Under the pieces are notes generated by a model. The model was not told the origin of the DNA and made no database searches. It saw nothing but the letters and a program-made list of their open reading frames with translations. A stretch of DNA of 64,000 nt from Amoebidium appalachense. Lineage: Eukaryota > Protista > Ichthyosporea. Position numbers and translations under genes: made by a program. Every line of letters starts with the position of its first letter. Positions within the stretch are counted from its first letter, which is position 1. Location of the stretch: NCBI GenBank assembly GCA_963693365.1, contig CAVNZM010000008.1, positions 1,364,001 through 1,428,000 on the forward strand, given 5' to 3'. Shown here piece after piece: positions 33,541 to 47,549 of the stretch.

Positions 33541-36500
33541 AGTGGGGTGGAGAAGAAGGGAGGGCAGGAACGAGGCATATGTACGAAGAATGGTTGACTT
33601 ACTGCTTCTGGCCGTTGAACCAGAAAAACCGGAGGTTGGCCTGGTGGAACATGTAGGGATCCGTGCGTTTGTGGAACAAGTTTCGTGCCACCTCCTTGGC
33701 TTCAATTTGTAGCATTTCGGTGAGTGTAAGGTTATGGTCATACTTGATAGATGTCCGGTTGCACTTGTATGGAAATGCAACGACAACGTCGAGGTCCTTG
33801 CCGAAGCAGTCTGGCCCATAGAAGGATGCGTGCTCCATGGCTGATTGCTCGGGTGTCGAAACATCGAAGTAGATACGGGTTGGGAAACGTGGAATCACAT
33901 GCAGGCGTGCTGCAAGGAGGGGTCCAGTGATCAGTCTAGTTTTTTTTACAGTCTAGTTTTTTTTAAGGACTTGCTTAACGTATAAGACCAAAGGCCGAGG
34001 CTCATGGAAAAGTATCGCCCGTGTGTATATGTGGGTAGTGCATGTGCGTGTCATGTGTGTGTGTGTGTTTTCTTTTTCTCTCCCTACGTGTGTCTCTCTC
34101 TGTGTGCACGCCCGGGTGTGTGCATGTGTGTGGTGGTGGTGGTGGTGGTGGTGGTGGTGGTGGGGTAGGATGGGGGGGGGGGGGGGGGGGGGAGGGGGGG
34201 AGGGGGGGAGGGAGGGGGATAATGGCACCCACCTCCGTTAGTTCCGGCTACGTGGGTTAAGAATGTATGGAATATGTTTTCGGGTTGCAGATCTGCGCGG
34301 GAGGTGTCACCCACTGCCGTGCGGTGCCCTGCGTCGTACATAGCCTGAATGGACTCGCTATGGTTGAGGCCAGAGATGCGGGGGGTTACAATCGAGCCGG
34401 GTGAGAAGGTCGGCCAATTTGCACGTTCCACATCAGTCATGTCGACCCACTGACCGTTGACCTTCTTGCGCTTAAAGAGCATTGTGTTGGCGAAATCGAT
34501 GTTCTGTTTGCACTCATCAAAGCCCTCGCTGTATTTCGTGAAGCCAAACTGGGGAGGGGGGAGGGGAGGGGGGGGGGAGGGAGGGGGGGGAAGAGGGGGC
34601 AGTATAAGTAATTAAAACACTATTCATCCTTAGGTAGTCATTTCATAGCAAGAAATAAATACAAGCACACTGCTGGTAAGATGTGATTTTACCTTTCTAC
34701 TCGACCCTTCTCATTCTATCTTCTTCAAAATAAGGCCCCTCTACAATCTATTCTTTCAACAACGGGCAAAATCGTAACCTCACAACTTGACATACCGCGG
34801 TGCAGTTGCTCTCCGGACAGTAGAGATCAATATGGTTCCAAGTGTGCGACACCCAGGTGAAGTTGTCACGGAACTCCTCCGTAACAGGGTTCGTGTTGTC
34901 CTCCATATCCTCAAACTCGTACCAGCCCTTGCCGTTGTATGCCAGTTCGATGGTGAACTTGGATCCCCGGGGCAAACGTGCATTAATATTTTTCTGGAAT
35001 TCAACAAGGCTCAAAATGTCGGTTTTATTGGCGCGGTAGGACCAATCCGGGCCGTAGTCTTCACCCTCCAATGCCTGCCTGCAGGAACACGTCAATACCA
35101 ATCAGTTCACGATTTTAGAAACTACGGCTTGTATAATGGGCCGACCGCACGGACTTAGATATTCGAGATGTGCATGTGAACGTGCTGTAGGTCATAGAGG
35201 AGTGCTCTAGTTGAAACAGCTATTCGAGATGTGCATGTGAACGTGCTGTAGGTCATAGAGGAGTGCTCTAGTTGAAACAGCTGAGATGGTTTGCCCATGG
35301 TGCGGACTTAACCGAGAGAGGCAGGTGTGCAATACCTGTTCAGAGTAGTATTGTATAGGCCGGTGCGCAGCATAAAGTCATCCACTTGCGTGTCTAGGAG
35401 AACACGACGCTGGCCAAGGAAGACACCCTTGTTGACCCACTGGAACCAGACATCCGCAAGAGCATAGCACAGGCTCACCTGTGAGGAAAATGCGCATAAG
35501 CACAAGGGTACCGCAAACCACTATACCTCAGAATTACCCAGTATCAAACCATTCTCGTGTACCACGGGCACGGCGATATTGCCTGCAATAAGTTACCTTG
35601 TCGTTGCAGGTGAACATGAAGTGCATTTCCTCCCTCCCCATGCAGGTGCGGGTAAACGCGCCCAAGTAGTCGGTATTGTTGTTGCCTGGAAACACAATTT
35701 TGTTAGACAACGTTCAGGATTAACGGTCCTCCCACAGATTTGCGAGCTGAGAAGTGGATCTTGGCAGGCTACTTACGGAGGGTCATAAACTGGCGCACAT
35801 GGGTAGCACGGGGATGAACGGTGGATGGGTACCAAAAATGAGTTCCATTCTCCATATCGTACTTGGCGGTCAGTGGAACAGTGTCGCGAACTTTCAAGGC
35901 CTCCTCGTTGTTTTTCCAGCCCAAGAGAGCAGCTCTGTGAGGAGTCATATGCATGAGTCAGTCGTGTGGTCACCCCAACAATTTAGAGCATTCTACCTCG
36001 CTCAAGTGTGGAAATTCACTGCAGTTATCACTGGTGAAGAGGATGATATGTGCTGTGCATGTTGATAATCGTGTAGTGCAAAAAGATGCCCGTCATCGGA
36101 ACAGGCTACACATACTCAGACGTGCCGTTGAAGCCAAGTTTGGTAAGCGCGCCATCGGCATTCCAGCTGGAGCCCATGACCACCATACGGGCATCATACT
36201 TGGACACATACTGACGCAGAGTCACGAAGTCCGAGCCTGTGCAAGAATAACCATTAGGTAATTGCCCATTAGACTTGCAGAGCTTTCAAGCGTTCAATAA
36301 GGTGCTACATAAAGCGAGTGTCCGAGCCAGAGCATATCAAAATGGAGAGCTCTGAGTGCGTATCATGAGAAAACCAACCCAACCAACAGAATGGTGAAGC
36401 TCCCTTAAGTCAAGAGATCATTATATGGTGACACAATGATTCAAAAACACCCCCACCATGCTAGGTAGTCTACCTTTAAGAGCTTGGGTCCATCCCTTGA

Positions 36501-36814
36501 CGGGGTCTGTGTACCACATGTCCTGGGTAGTCAGGACGATGGCGTTATACTTTGGATTTCCAGCTTCATCCTCGAGGGCCAGCGTGTACGGCTTGAGAGT
36601 GTCTGTAAAAAAACCACATTAGCATATCACGGTGCCTCTACTGCGACCCCTTTACAGCGCCTTTACAACCTCGTGCTCGTACTCTCTCGCTCTCCTTCCC
36701 TCTCCCTCTCCCTCTCATTCTCTTTCTTTTCGTTGCTCCCCCCCCCCCCCCCCCCCCCCCCCGTCCCCCCAACTTTTTCTTTGAGTCTTACTCTCTCTGG
36801 ATCTTTTCCCCCCT

Positions 36815-36861
<47 letters not shown>

Positions 36862-37608
36862 CACCTCTCTCTGCCCTGCCCCCCCCCCCCTCCCCCCCTC
36901 TTTCTGCTTTACCTTGATTAAGATTTCCCTAGCTGCCTAGCCCAATGACATGGCTTGATCAAACGCCTCCGTCCTCCCATAGTCCTGTCAAAAACCAATA
37001 GTCCTAACAAAAAAAGGAAGAATCAGAAAAAGAATGACCAAAGAGATCATGTTAAGGGCCCCAGCAGTTGTGCAGTACGGGGAAAATGCACATTCTTTAC
37101 AGATGGAAACATACTCGTGAGTGGGTCGATGAGTTCAAGCAACTCGTACGGTGCGCCGTGTGCCTCGTACACCGCAACAGGTAGAGCAGCAAGGTCTGCT
37201 TGGTTGCTGATGATGAGAGTCTTAAGAGGCAGGACATAGTCTGTTGCCTTTGCTCGCATGGTGTTGTGTCCCTTGCGAAGCAGGATGCCCTTTGAAATCG
37301 GTGTACATGAGCTGACCATCAAGGCGCCCTTTGGCACGTTGGTGGACATTGCGTTCTTCTCAACCAACTCTCCTGCAAATCATCCAGCTCGTTAGAAGAA
37401 CTTACACACTGATTCGTTGATGACTGTAAAATGTGTTTAGGGAAAAAAATGTTGCTGTTGTGAAAGTTGTAAAGGGGGTAAAGGGGACAAGCTGAGGGGT
37501 CAGCTGGTTGAAAATGTATACTCATGCTGAAAGTATGCAGGGTTCGCAAGGATCAAGCAACTACTGTACAGAGGCACTGGGTGGCATTTGCCAACCACGT
37601 ACGCTGAT

Positions 37609-37640
<32 letters not shown>

Positions 37641-38786
37641 TTCCCCCCCCCCCCCAACCACGCTCCTCTCCAACAGAACAGGAAGAACACAGAGAATATT
37701 TGGAAGGGGGCGCGACCTACAAGTGCAGCAACTCACCATCATGATTGTAAGCATTGTCATCAGCCAAAACGATGGCCTCCACACCAAAGGGATGCGCAGC
37801 AATGACAAATCTCCACATGGGATCGTCCACGGGGACACGCTCCCATCCCACAGGCGGGGTGATGTAGTAGGCAGCACAGCCGTCCCCCTTTGCTGCTGGG
37901 GCATCGATCCATGCATCACTAAGGGTTGAATAGGTTGCTCCACACACACTCCGGATGTTCACGGGCTCTGCTCGCGGAGCAGGTGCAACGAGCTGCCAGG
38001 ATATTAAGGTTTAGAAAGAGTAGTTCACAACTAGTAGCGCCCTCATGTGTGAAGAAACCCTAAGGAGCACAAGCAATCGGCCGCTTTGTCTAAGAGGGGC
38101 TGACTGTGTGTGAGAGGCTGAAAATCGAGCAAATTTAAAGCAGACATCCAGATCGATGCTTTTTTAACTGTTTGATGCTGCCCTAACTTTTCTGTGGTGT
38201 CTTACTGACTCACTAAGCCGTTAACTTTTATGCCGTCAAATAAAAAAATTTCCGCCTAGAAAATTTCTGGACGGTGCCGATAAGCCTATCCGTGTATGGA
38301 AATGTCAGATCATAGTGGTAACAATAGTGAAGGGAGGTCAAAGTACAAACAAACTCGAAACATCTCTGAAATCCGTTTGTGTGTTTGTGTCTGTGTTTGT
38401 GTGTGTGGGTGGGGGAGTGAGGGCGGATATTCCTTCAAGTTGTACCAGAACCCCAGGTTGCCGTTTTGCATGGGCAGCTGTGCCAGCCCCACAGCCGCAC
38501 AAACGACTATTTCATGCTGGTTCCTACTATGCGATGGGATGGAAATGAATGAAATTTAAAGGTTCCACCACAAACTTGGTGTATTCTGCCGCTTTTACAG
38601 CCAAGAGCATTCGTTCTGCCTAATCTGTCGATATGAGAGGTCCACGTTCGAACTTAGAAGGTTGAGTTACTTGAATGCCTTGTTATACACAGAGCCATAC
38701 AACAACCCACTACCAGTCTTTTTACACACCTGCGCAGAAGCAGTCGATGCCAGCCCAAAGGCAAGCATAGAGATGACCTTATTCAT
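31265..38786 (-). CDS. Agd3/CE18-like carbohydrate (GalNAc) deacetylase with signal peptide, Ser/Thr linker and C-terminal TM anchor. 14 exons: 38786-38730, 37992-37737, 37372-37115, 36602-36474, 36236-36116, 35934-35777, 35685-35597, 35478-35336, 35078-34796, 34548-34233, 33909-33603, 33140-32996, 32139-31921, 31528-31265
   Basis: Spliced motifs WVNKGVFLGQRRVLLDTQVDD, IELAYNGKG, WVSHTWNH, FSPGSIVTPRISGL, AVGDTSR, IPRFPTRIYFD, DPYMFHQANLR match my recollection of the Agd3 family. All junctions are GT-AG and in phase. C-terminus AGAIAGGVVGAIAAVALVVGGALFYRKKK. Confidence 0.85.
35160..35281. repeat. Perfect 61-bp tandem duplication in an intron
   Basis: TATTCGAGATGTGCATGTGAACG...GTTGAAACAGC x2. 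Confidence 0.95.
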
Positions 38787-38927
38787 CGTTTCTCTCTTTT
38801 CTGGAAGATAATTTGTGTTGAGAGTGTAATCAAAAAAAAAAGAGTTTCGACCAGAACGACTGGCCGTGGCGCATTCACACCACTGAGTTGGCAAGGCGGT
38901 TCTGACAAGTGAAGGAATGCGGAGAAG

Positions 38928-38935
38928 TATTTATA
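38928..38935 (-). promoter_or_regulatory. TATA box of the Agd3-like gene
   Basis: CCTATAAATA on the minus strand, ~145 bp upstream of ATG 38786. Confidence 0.5.
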
Positions 38936-40038
38936 GGAGCTGCCGACGGAGAGAGGTGCAAAATAAATCAATCAACGAAGTCAAGTGCGACGCATGAATG
39001 CACATGGTACCAGAATTAGGGCTTATTTCTGAATACTTGAGACCCTTCTAATAGAGCTTGAGAAGCTTTACGTGAGACAAAAAACCGTTAATATGACATT
39101 AGGTTATATTATTATGGATGTAATGTATACTGTAACTGTAGGAAAGCGGCATACAATAAAGTAGTAATGATTGCGCAGTTTCCAAAACATGCCCACGACT
39201 TTACCATAATGCTTTTACATCGCTCAATGCGGTTAAGTCAAAAAAGCACGCCTGATACAAATCCAATTATCTGTTCCTTCGCGATCAAATAAATTATCAA
39301 CCAACTGATGTTTCCCGTCGAGGCTCAATAATAGAAAAGAAACATATAATGTGCACTATTAGTAACCGTCAAGCGATTATTCTAGTGTGCATAAGTCTTT
39401 TCAATGATTTCTGCTGTTTACCTCCCCAAACAACACTCCGCTCACACTGAATTACTGCCATCGACGTCGAAACTGGTAACGGGTACCGGTATACCACCTG
39501 GTGCGCATGAGTGGACCACCAACCAGGTGCCGCATTGCAAATGAATGCATATACATGCTGCTATTACGTATCGTCATAATAACTAACACAAATGCTTTCC
39601 TTTTAATCATTATTGGAGTATTTTATTTTGTAACGTCATACATGCTAGCTTCAGATATGGAGCACGGCCAGTTTGAGGAAGCATGCAGAACCCAAGTTGA
39701 CAGCTCATTTTGATTGGCTCTTAGTTATTTGGCCAAAGTTGACCAATCGTATTCTGTGAACTCACATGATTGGTGAACTAAAGTTCTGAGCAGCAAGTTA
39801 ACCAATTAGCGCAAAGCCAGTGCAGCAGCTGCTTCAGGCTCGGAGCTTTGTTTGTCGTTATCGGTGGCTATTGTTGACATGATTCTGCCCGCATTACATG
39901 TGTAATGCGTGTTCACGTTCACTGTTCACGTTCACCTGCGTGTTCACGTGCATGCTGGGAAAATGGCGGAATCAGTAATTGTAGTGCTGAAGCTGGCCCT
40001 GCAGTTCGAAATACAAGTCCACCCTGACGACACAACCA

Positions 40039-41012
<974 letters not shown>

Positions 41013-41065
41013 ATCTCATTTCAAGGCCTCGTAGATCTTTAGAGGCTACCGTCTTCCACTTGGTT

Positions 41066-41384
41066 AGGGCTCAACCACATCGGGAGGTTCAACGTGCAAA
41101 AAGCAGAATTATTCTGCAAAAAGCAGAAGCGGCAATGCCATAATAATTTTGCTAAAAGCAGAATAATTCTGCTATAAGCAGAGTGATCCTGATTTTGCAG
41201 AAGAACACTACTCACGGCAGAATAATTCTGCCGCGCTGAAAAATTCTGCTTTTGCTGAATGATTCTGCTTTTTGCAGATTAATTCTGCTGCTGCAGAATA
41301 ATTCTGCTTTTTGCAGAATGATTCTGCTTTTTGCAGAATATTTCTGCTCTTTGCAAGTTGAATCTGCTGATGTGGTTGAGCCCT
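41066..41384. mobile_element. MITE, 319 bp, 16-bp perfect TIR, 6-bp TSD (possibly hAT-type)
   Basis: AGGGCTCAACCACATC ... GATGTGGTTGAGCCCT, with TTGGTT at 41060-65 and 41385-90. The interior is built of GCAGAATAATTCTGC quasi-palindromes. Confidence 0.85.
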
Positions 41385-41515
41385 TTGGTTCTGCCTATAC
41401 TTACCCCCAGGCAAGACGGTATATCGAGAGTGGGTTGTGTGTCTGTGTATTTGGTGTGGTTGTGTATTACCCACACTCTTGGGGAAGATATTGTTTCTCA
41501 GTGGATATATATGCA

Positions 41516-41546
<31 letters not shown>

Positions 41547-41570
41547 CCCTCACACTCACACACACGTACA

Positions 41571-41607
<37 letters not shown>

Positions 41608-42254
41608 ACCACCACCACCACCACCGTTAACCAGTTAAATGTATCGAAAAAAACCTTGCGAGAGAAACAAGGCCCAAACCACATACGTAAGCAGAATTCA
41701 ATCTGCAGCTGCCCATGTCGATACGATAATAATGATCACTGATTTCTGCCTGTTGCATGCGCAGAGTGAAATACGCTTTTGGGGAATTCTTTTTTCTCCT
41801 TTGCCGAATAATTTTGTTTTCTGCTTTCCCTGAGGAACTCTGCAAAAAAGGGGATGATTTTGCTTGAGTGAATTATATTTCTGCTCACAGCAAGTTCGTT
41901 CTGCTGCCCCCAGCGCGCATAGCAAAGCTGCTCAAAGCGAAATCTGTTTCTGCTTTTTGCAAGGTTATTCTGGTGGAGTGTGTTTGGCAGCGCAAATATG
42001 GTATTCTCGCCGTGTTCCTATATTATTTGTTCTAGACACACATGCGACTCTGTGGTCCCAAACACCGTCAAATGTATTCGCGAAAAGACGACGGACATAG
42101 TTCTATATACATATCGTTGAAAATCACCTGCCGAGGTGTTTTGTGAAAAGACAATTTAGGTACAAAAAGACGATATATATGCGAAAAGACGATCCTCTGG
42201 CCTATCATTCGCTCATTGAATTCTTATTAGGGTAATGTGTTTCAATCCAGTTGC

Positions 42255-42297
<43 letters not shown>

Positions 42298-43022
42298 GTG
42301 TGCGTGTGTGTGTGTGTGTGCGTGTGCGCGCGCGTGGTGCGTGCATGCGTGTGTATGGTGCGCGCGTGCGTGCGTGCGCGCACGCGCGCGTGTGTATGTG
42401 TGTGTGCGTGGGTGTGTGTGTGTGCACGCGCGTGGGTCTCTCTCTCTCTCTCTCTCTGTCTCGTGGGTGTGTGGGGGGCGGAGGGAGGGGGGGGGGGGGG
42501 GGTTGGGGGTTGGGAAGAGCACGGGGGCGGTGGGGGGGGGGGGGGGGGGGGGAGGGGTAAGGCAGGATGAATTTGGGGAGATCGATTTTTACACGTGGAG
42601 CAGGAGAAACGGGTGATCTAGAAGACTGTCGTCATGCCATAGTGATCTTTAATGTACTTCAGACGAGGTGGTTGTGATATCTATTCATAAACAAACTGAC
42701 CCAGGTACTGTAAAGAGTACATAGGCTATTTAGTTGTGCCGAGAAATGGTTTTAGCCATGTAAACCGGGTTAAACCTGGTCAACCTATGTGTAGGCACGT
42801 GTTCTGAATGCAATCTGTATCATACATACACACACTGAGATGCACATCTACTAGAGTCATACTTACAGCACCTTATCGAAGTTAAATTTAGAGGACAACC
42901 ACTCCACAACCCCCCCCCCCCAGAGAAAAAAAAAACAAAAAAACGATACATTCTCAGAACTACACAACATGTGTATAATGGTTGTCTCTGTGCTCACGTG
43001 TCACTTGTGTGTGTGTGTGTGT

Positions 43023-43117
<95 letters not shown>

Positions 43118-43218
43118 CGGTGTGCGTGTAGGTGTGTGTGTGCGCGCATGCGGGTTTGCGCGTGTGTTAAGTTCTGAATTGCATGTATGGCACTTGCATT
43201 CTCACCCCAACACTCCAA

Positions 43219-44613
43219 CTAGTGGCTTACATTTGGTGACGAATGTGCCGACCCCGTCCTCTTTACGGTATGTGGTTTTGGCACTAGCCATCCCGCCCTC
43301 ATGCTATCCCAATCCCCCTCCCCCTCCCCCTCCTCCTCCTCTTTCTTCTCTTTGCCCCGACTCAACCTCCTACTCAGCCAACCCCCCTCCCCCACAGCCT
43401 GCTCCGATAGTGACCGCATCATTTTCTTGATGCTTCGTTTCCTTTTTGGGTCGCTTGCACTTTCACTCTCCCCCTCCCCCTCCAGTATCACCTCATGCCC
43501 CCCCTCCACATTTGTTTGCCGCATAGGTGACCTAGGCACCAGCCCCTGACTCCCTCTATCTACCGATTGATGGGGTGTGAGTGGGATATCTTCGAGTGAT
43601 GATGGAAGCACCACTGCAGGCTGTGTGTGTGTCTGTGTGGTGGTGCGTGTGTTTAAGCTCGACCCCGGGCTCTGGTAAGACGAGTGGCCCGAACCGGATG
43701 GCTCACGGGCCGCGGGCCGGGTCAGGAATCGGTCGTCATCTTCGTCCGTCGAGTCGTTGAAACTACTGCGTGCATTATCATGCGCCGTATTTGCCGTATC
43801 CGTGTTTGTGGTAGATGTGTGCACGTGTGCGCGTGCACGTGCAGGGGACACCTTTTGCAGGGGCACAGGCTGGCCGGCCGAATTCACCCTGCCACTGGGT
43901 GCCTCCATAGTCGTTGCTGATTGGCTCCGACTCCACAACTTACCCACCCAGCTGTGCCGCCTACCGGGCTGGTCTTCACCCTGGTGTGCCGGCACGCCAT
44001 CGCTCGCAGATCCGCGCCGATTAAGCCGATTAAGTCCTGGATCGGACCCGTGATGGCTAGATTTGCGGCGCTGGGGCTGTGATGAATCTATGTTTTGGTC
44101 TGTGTGGGTGTTGGTGTAGGTGGGTGCCGGGGGCTGCAGTGTGTATCTGCGCAGCATCAGGGCCTTCATTGCTCTCTCGTGCTGCTCATAGCGGGCCTCC
44201 AGGGTCTGAAGCAGCAGGTAGCCCTCTAGCATGTCCTCCTCACGACGACCCCTAAAAAAAGAAAAAATGTGGAAATAAGGTGTAAATAGAATGTCATGTG
44301 GGGAGACTAAATGAGCAAATGGGGTGTTACAAGGGTGAGGGTGTGTGTATCACGAGGGCAGTGTCCTAATATGGTAACTGGCTGTGACTGAGGCCGATGT
44401 TGGGTGTGCTTGCATGCCTGTCAGTGCATGTGCGCATGCATGTGTATGGAAGTGTGTGATCCTGTTTGCATGTGTGTGCACTGAATTAGAATAGCTCACT
44501 TACCCCCCCCCCCCCCCCCCCCCCCCTTTCCCCCTTGAACAACTACCCAACCCCAACTCCCCAACCCCCCGTCCCCCCGAGCAAAAAAATGCACACCCAA
44601 ACCATTCGAAAAA

Positions 44614-44683
<70 letters not shown>

Positions 44684-44697
44684 TATATATTGTGTGT

Positions 44698-44787
<90 letters not shown>

Positions 44788-46500
44788 CTAGAGGGCTGGG
44801 GATTGCCCGAGGGGGGGGGGGGGGGGGGGGGGGGGGGCTTGTCACATACACAATCTTATCCCTCAGATTCCTCTTGATCTCAACCTTGAGGGTGCTGTGC
44901 AGAGCAGCAAGCCGGCACTGGGACTCCAGCACCTCGTGCCGTGGAGAGGATTCTAGAACACGGTCATCGAGCACAAACTGGTTGAGTCCGTCCTTGACCT
45001 GCCATGCACACGTGTCAGTACAAATGAACATGGTGGCAACGTTTTAACGAATGGAGACCATTGGGTGACAAAGTGGGTGGCTTTTAACAAAAGAAAAACA
45101 ATGAGGTAACAGGGTGGATCTCTCACACATAAACTACAAGAGAAACGGATGCGCAAGTTCTAAAATGATCATACACACACAGACAGGTGGGGGAAGGAGA
45201 AGAAGGGAACCCACACAACTAACTGAGACGACTGTGCATGTCTGTGAGAAAAGGAGGAAAACGAGAGAAACTCAAACTCAGATTCTCCCCCCACTCCCAC
45301 ACCACACGCCCACCCATGCCCACCGTATCAAACACATACCTATCTACCCATCCACCACACGCAACCGCCCAAACCACCAAGCCCACATGTACATGTATAA
45401 GAACACGTGCTCGCGCCCAAACGCAGAAAGCACATGCACGCACACACGCACACAAACACAAACACGCACACACATGCATGAACGCATGCATGCAGGCCCA
45501 CACACACACCCACACCCACACACGCATGCCGCACGCACACACACAACTTAGTCATGCACACGCGTGCACGCATGCGCGCGCACACAAGCAGGCAGACAGG
45601 CGGGCGGGCAGGCACACACAGAAGAACACACAATCTCCCGTCCCCAACCCTATCCATCCGCACAAGCACGCACACAATAAACACCCAAATCCACCCATGC
45701 ACACACACACACACACACGTGCATGGATGCACACACGAATGAACGCACACATGCATGCACGCTTGCACACGGCCACACCTGCCGGCCAGCCCCCCTGGAC
45801 ACAGGCATGCCCCCCCTCCCCAACACACACACCCCCCCCCTCCCACATACACCCACACCCACCCACCCACCCATCCCCCCCCCCCCCCCGGCCAAAAAAA
45901 AAAACACACACACTCACCCATCCCCCCCCCCCCCCTCTTCCCCCTGCCGCCCCCACACACATCCATCCCCCCACCCCCCCCACTCGCCCCCTCCCCCCAC
46001 CCCCCCCCACACCCACCCAACCACACACCTGTCGCATGACTGTATCGAATGAGTCCTGCTGCCTGGCTGGTGCCCACGTGTTCGGCCGCTGCCTTTGGCC
46101 CTCGGACGGCTGCAGCACTGGCCGCTTGGGTGAATCCTGCATGCACGTGCTCTTAGAATGGAACACAGTGTGCCATGCTGGTACTCAGTGCACTACAGTA
46201 TAACACCGCACGCTAGAACACTGTGTACTAGTGTAGAACATGGTGTGCGTGATACATAGCCAAGAAGGAACAATACGCTGGAGCAATATGAGATGATACA
46301 CACAGGCATGTGGCTGTGAGGGTGGGGGTGGGGGGGGGGAAGGCATTCATACGTGACAAAAGCATGGAGGAAGATACATCAAAGAGCCAGAAAGATGACA
46401 AGAAAAACATAAGACAAACCAAACAAACGTGCATGCAAAAGACACACGGACCCTGTGTGTGTGTGTGTTTTTGGGGGGAAGGGGGTGGGGGTGGGGGGGT

Positions 46501-46537
<37 letters not shown>

Positions 46538-46613
46538 GAGAGAAAGGGTGGGATGGGGGGAGAAGGGCCGTAGGGAAAAGGGGGAGGGTGGGAGCAAGAG
46601 AATAGTGTGCACT

Positions 46614-46667
<54 letters not shown>

Positions 46668-46777
46668 AAGAGAAACAGATGCAAGCATACATGCTGCATG
46701 CAACCAAAACACCAACCCCATCCCATTTTTGTGCTGATGAAAGGAAGAGTGTACGTTTAGTGAAGGGAAGGGGAGGG

Positions 46778-46813
<36 letters not shown>

Positions 46814-47505
46814 AGTGTTATGGAGTACGAGTACAAATTCATGACTTACAAAACATGGCAGAGTGCAAACCACACACAAACGGTATGCATAACAAAAAGG
46901 CGGGGGAAGGGGGGGGGGGGGGGGGGGAGGAGGTAAGAATAAGTTTCGAGTACGAACCATATACTCTTGCAGTGTAAAACACAAGGGATATATTTTTTTA
47001 TTTATTTTTTTTATAAAAAAAAAGAGAAAACAAAAAGAAAAAGAAAAAAAAATAAGCAGAGGGGCGCCCCCAAAGAGCATGCATCTGAAATAGAGAACGT
47101 TCTCAGAGCAAGCAGGAGGGGGGGGGGGGGGGGAGGGGGGGGGGGGGGGGGTAAGTATATTCTACACAACATTGTTCACATTGTTGTGGATGGACACCCA
47201 CAAGTAGGATTTACCAAGCAGAAACAAAGGGAGGATGCGGTAACGGCTGCTCGGAGGGGGGGGGGGGGGGCACGGGGGCGGGAGAGACACAGGGATGGAG
47301 TGAGAGAGGGAGGCAGAGATAATGAAAACAAGAGGGGGAGGGGAGGGAGGGGGGAGGGAAGTGTAAGAGAAAGAGTGAGAGGGACAGAGTGGGAGAGGAA
47401 GAAAGGGAGAGATAAAGAGGGACGGAGAGAGAGCGAGGGGGGGACGGAGGAAAAGAGATAGGGGGTGGGGAGGGGGGAATAGGAGAGGGGAGAAAGAGAG
47501 AGGGG

Positions 47506-47549
<44 letters not shown>

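Noticed and set aside
35997-36018. Possible 22-nt micro-exon in the Agd3-like gene
   Set aside because: Including it shifts the downstream frame, whereas the direct 36116-to-35934 join is in phase.
39690-39830. Cluster of CCAAT/ATTGG motifs as a promoter
   Set aside because: No adjacent gene start could be identified, and short motifs alone are insufficient.
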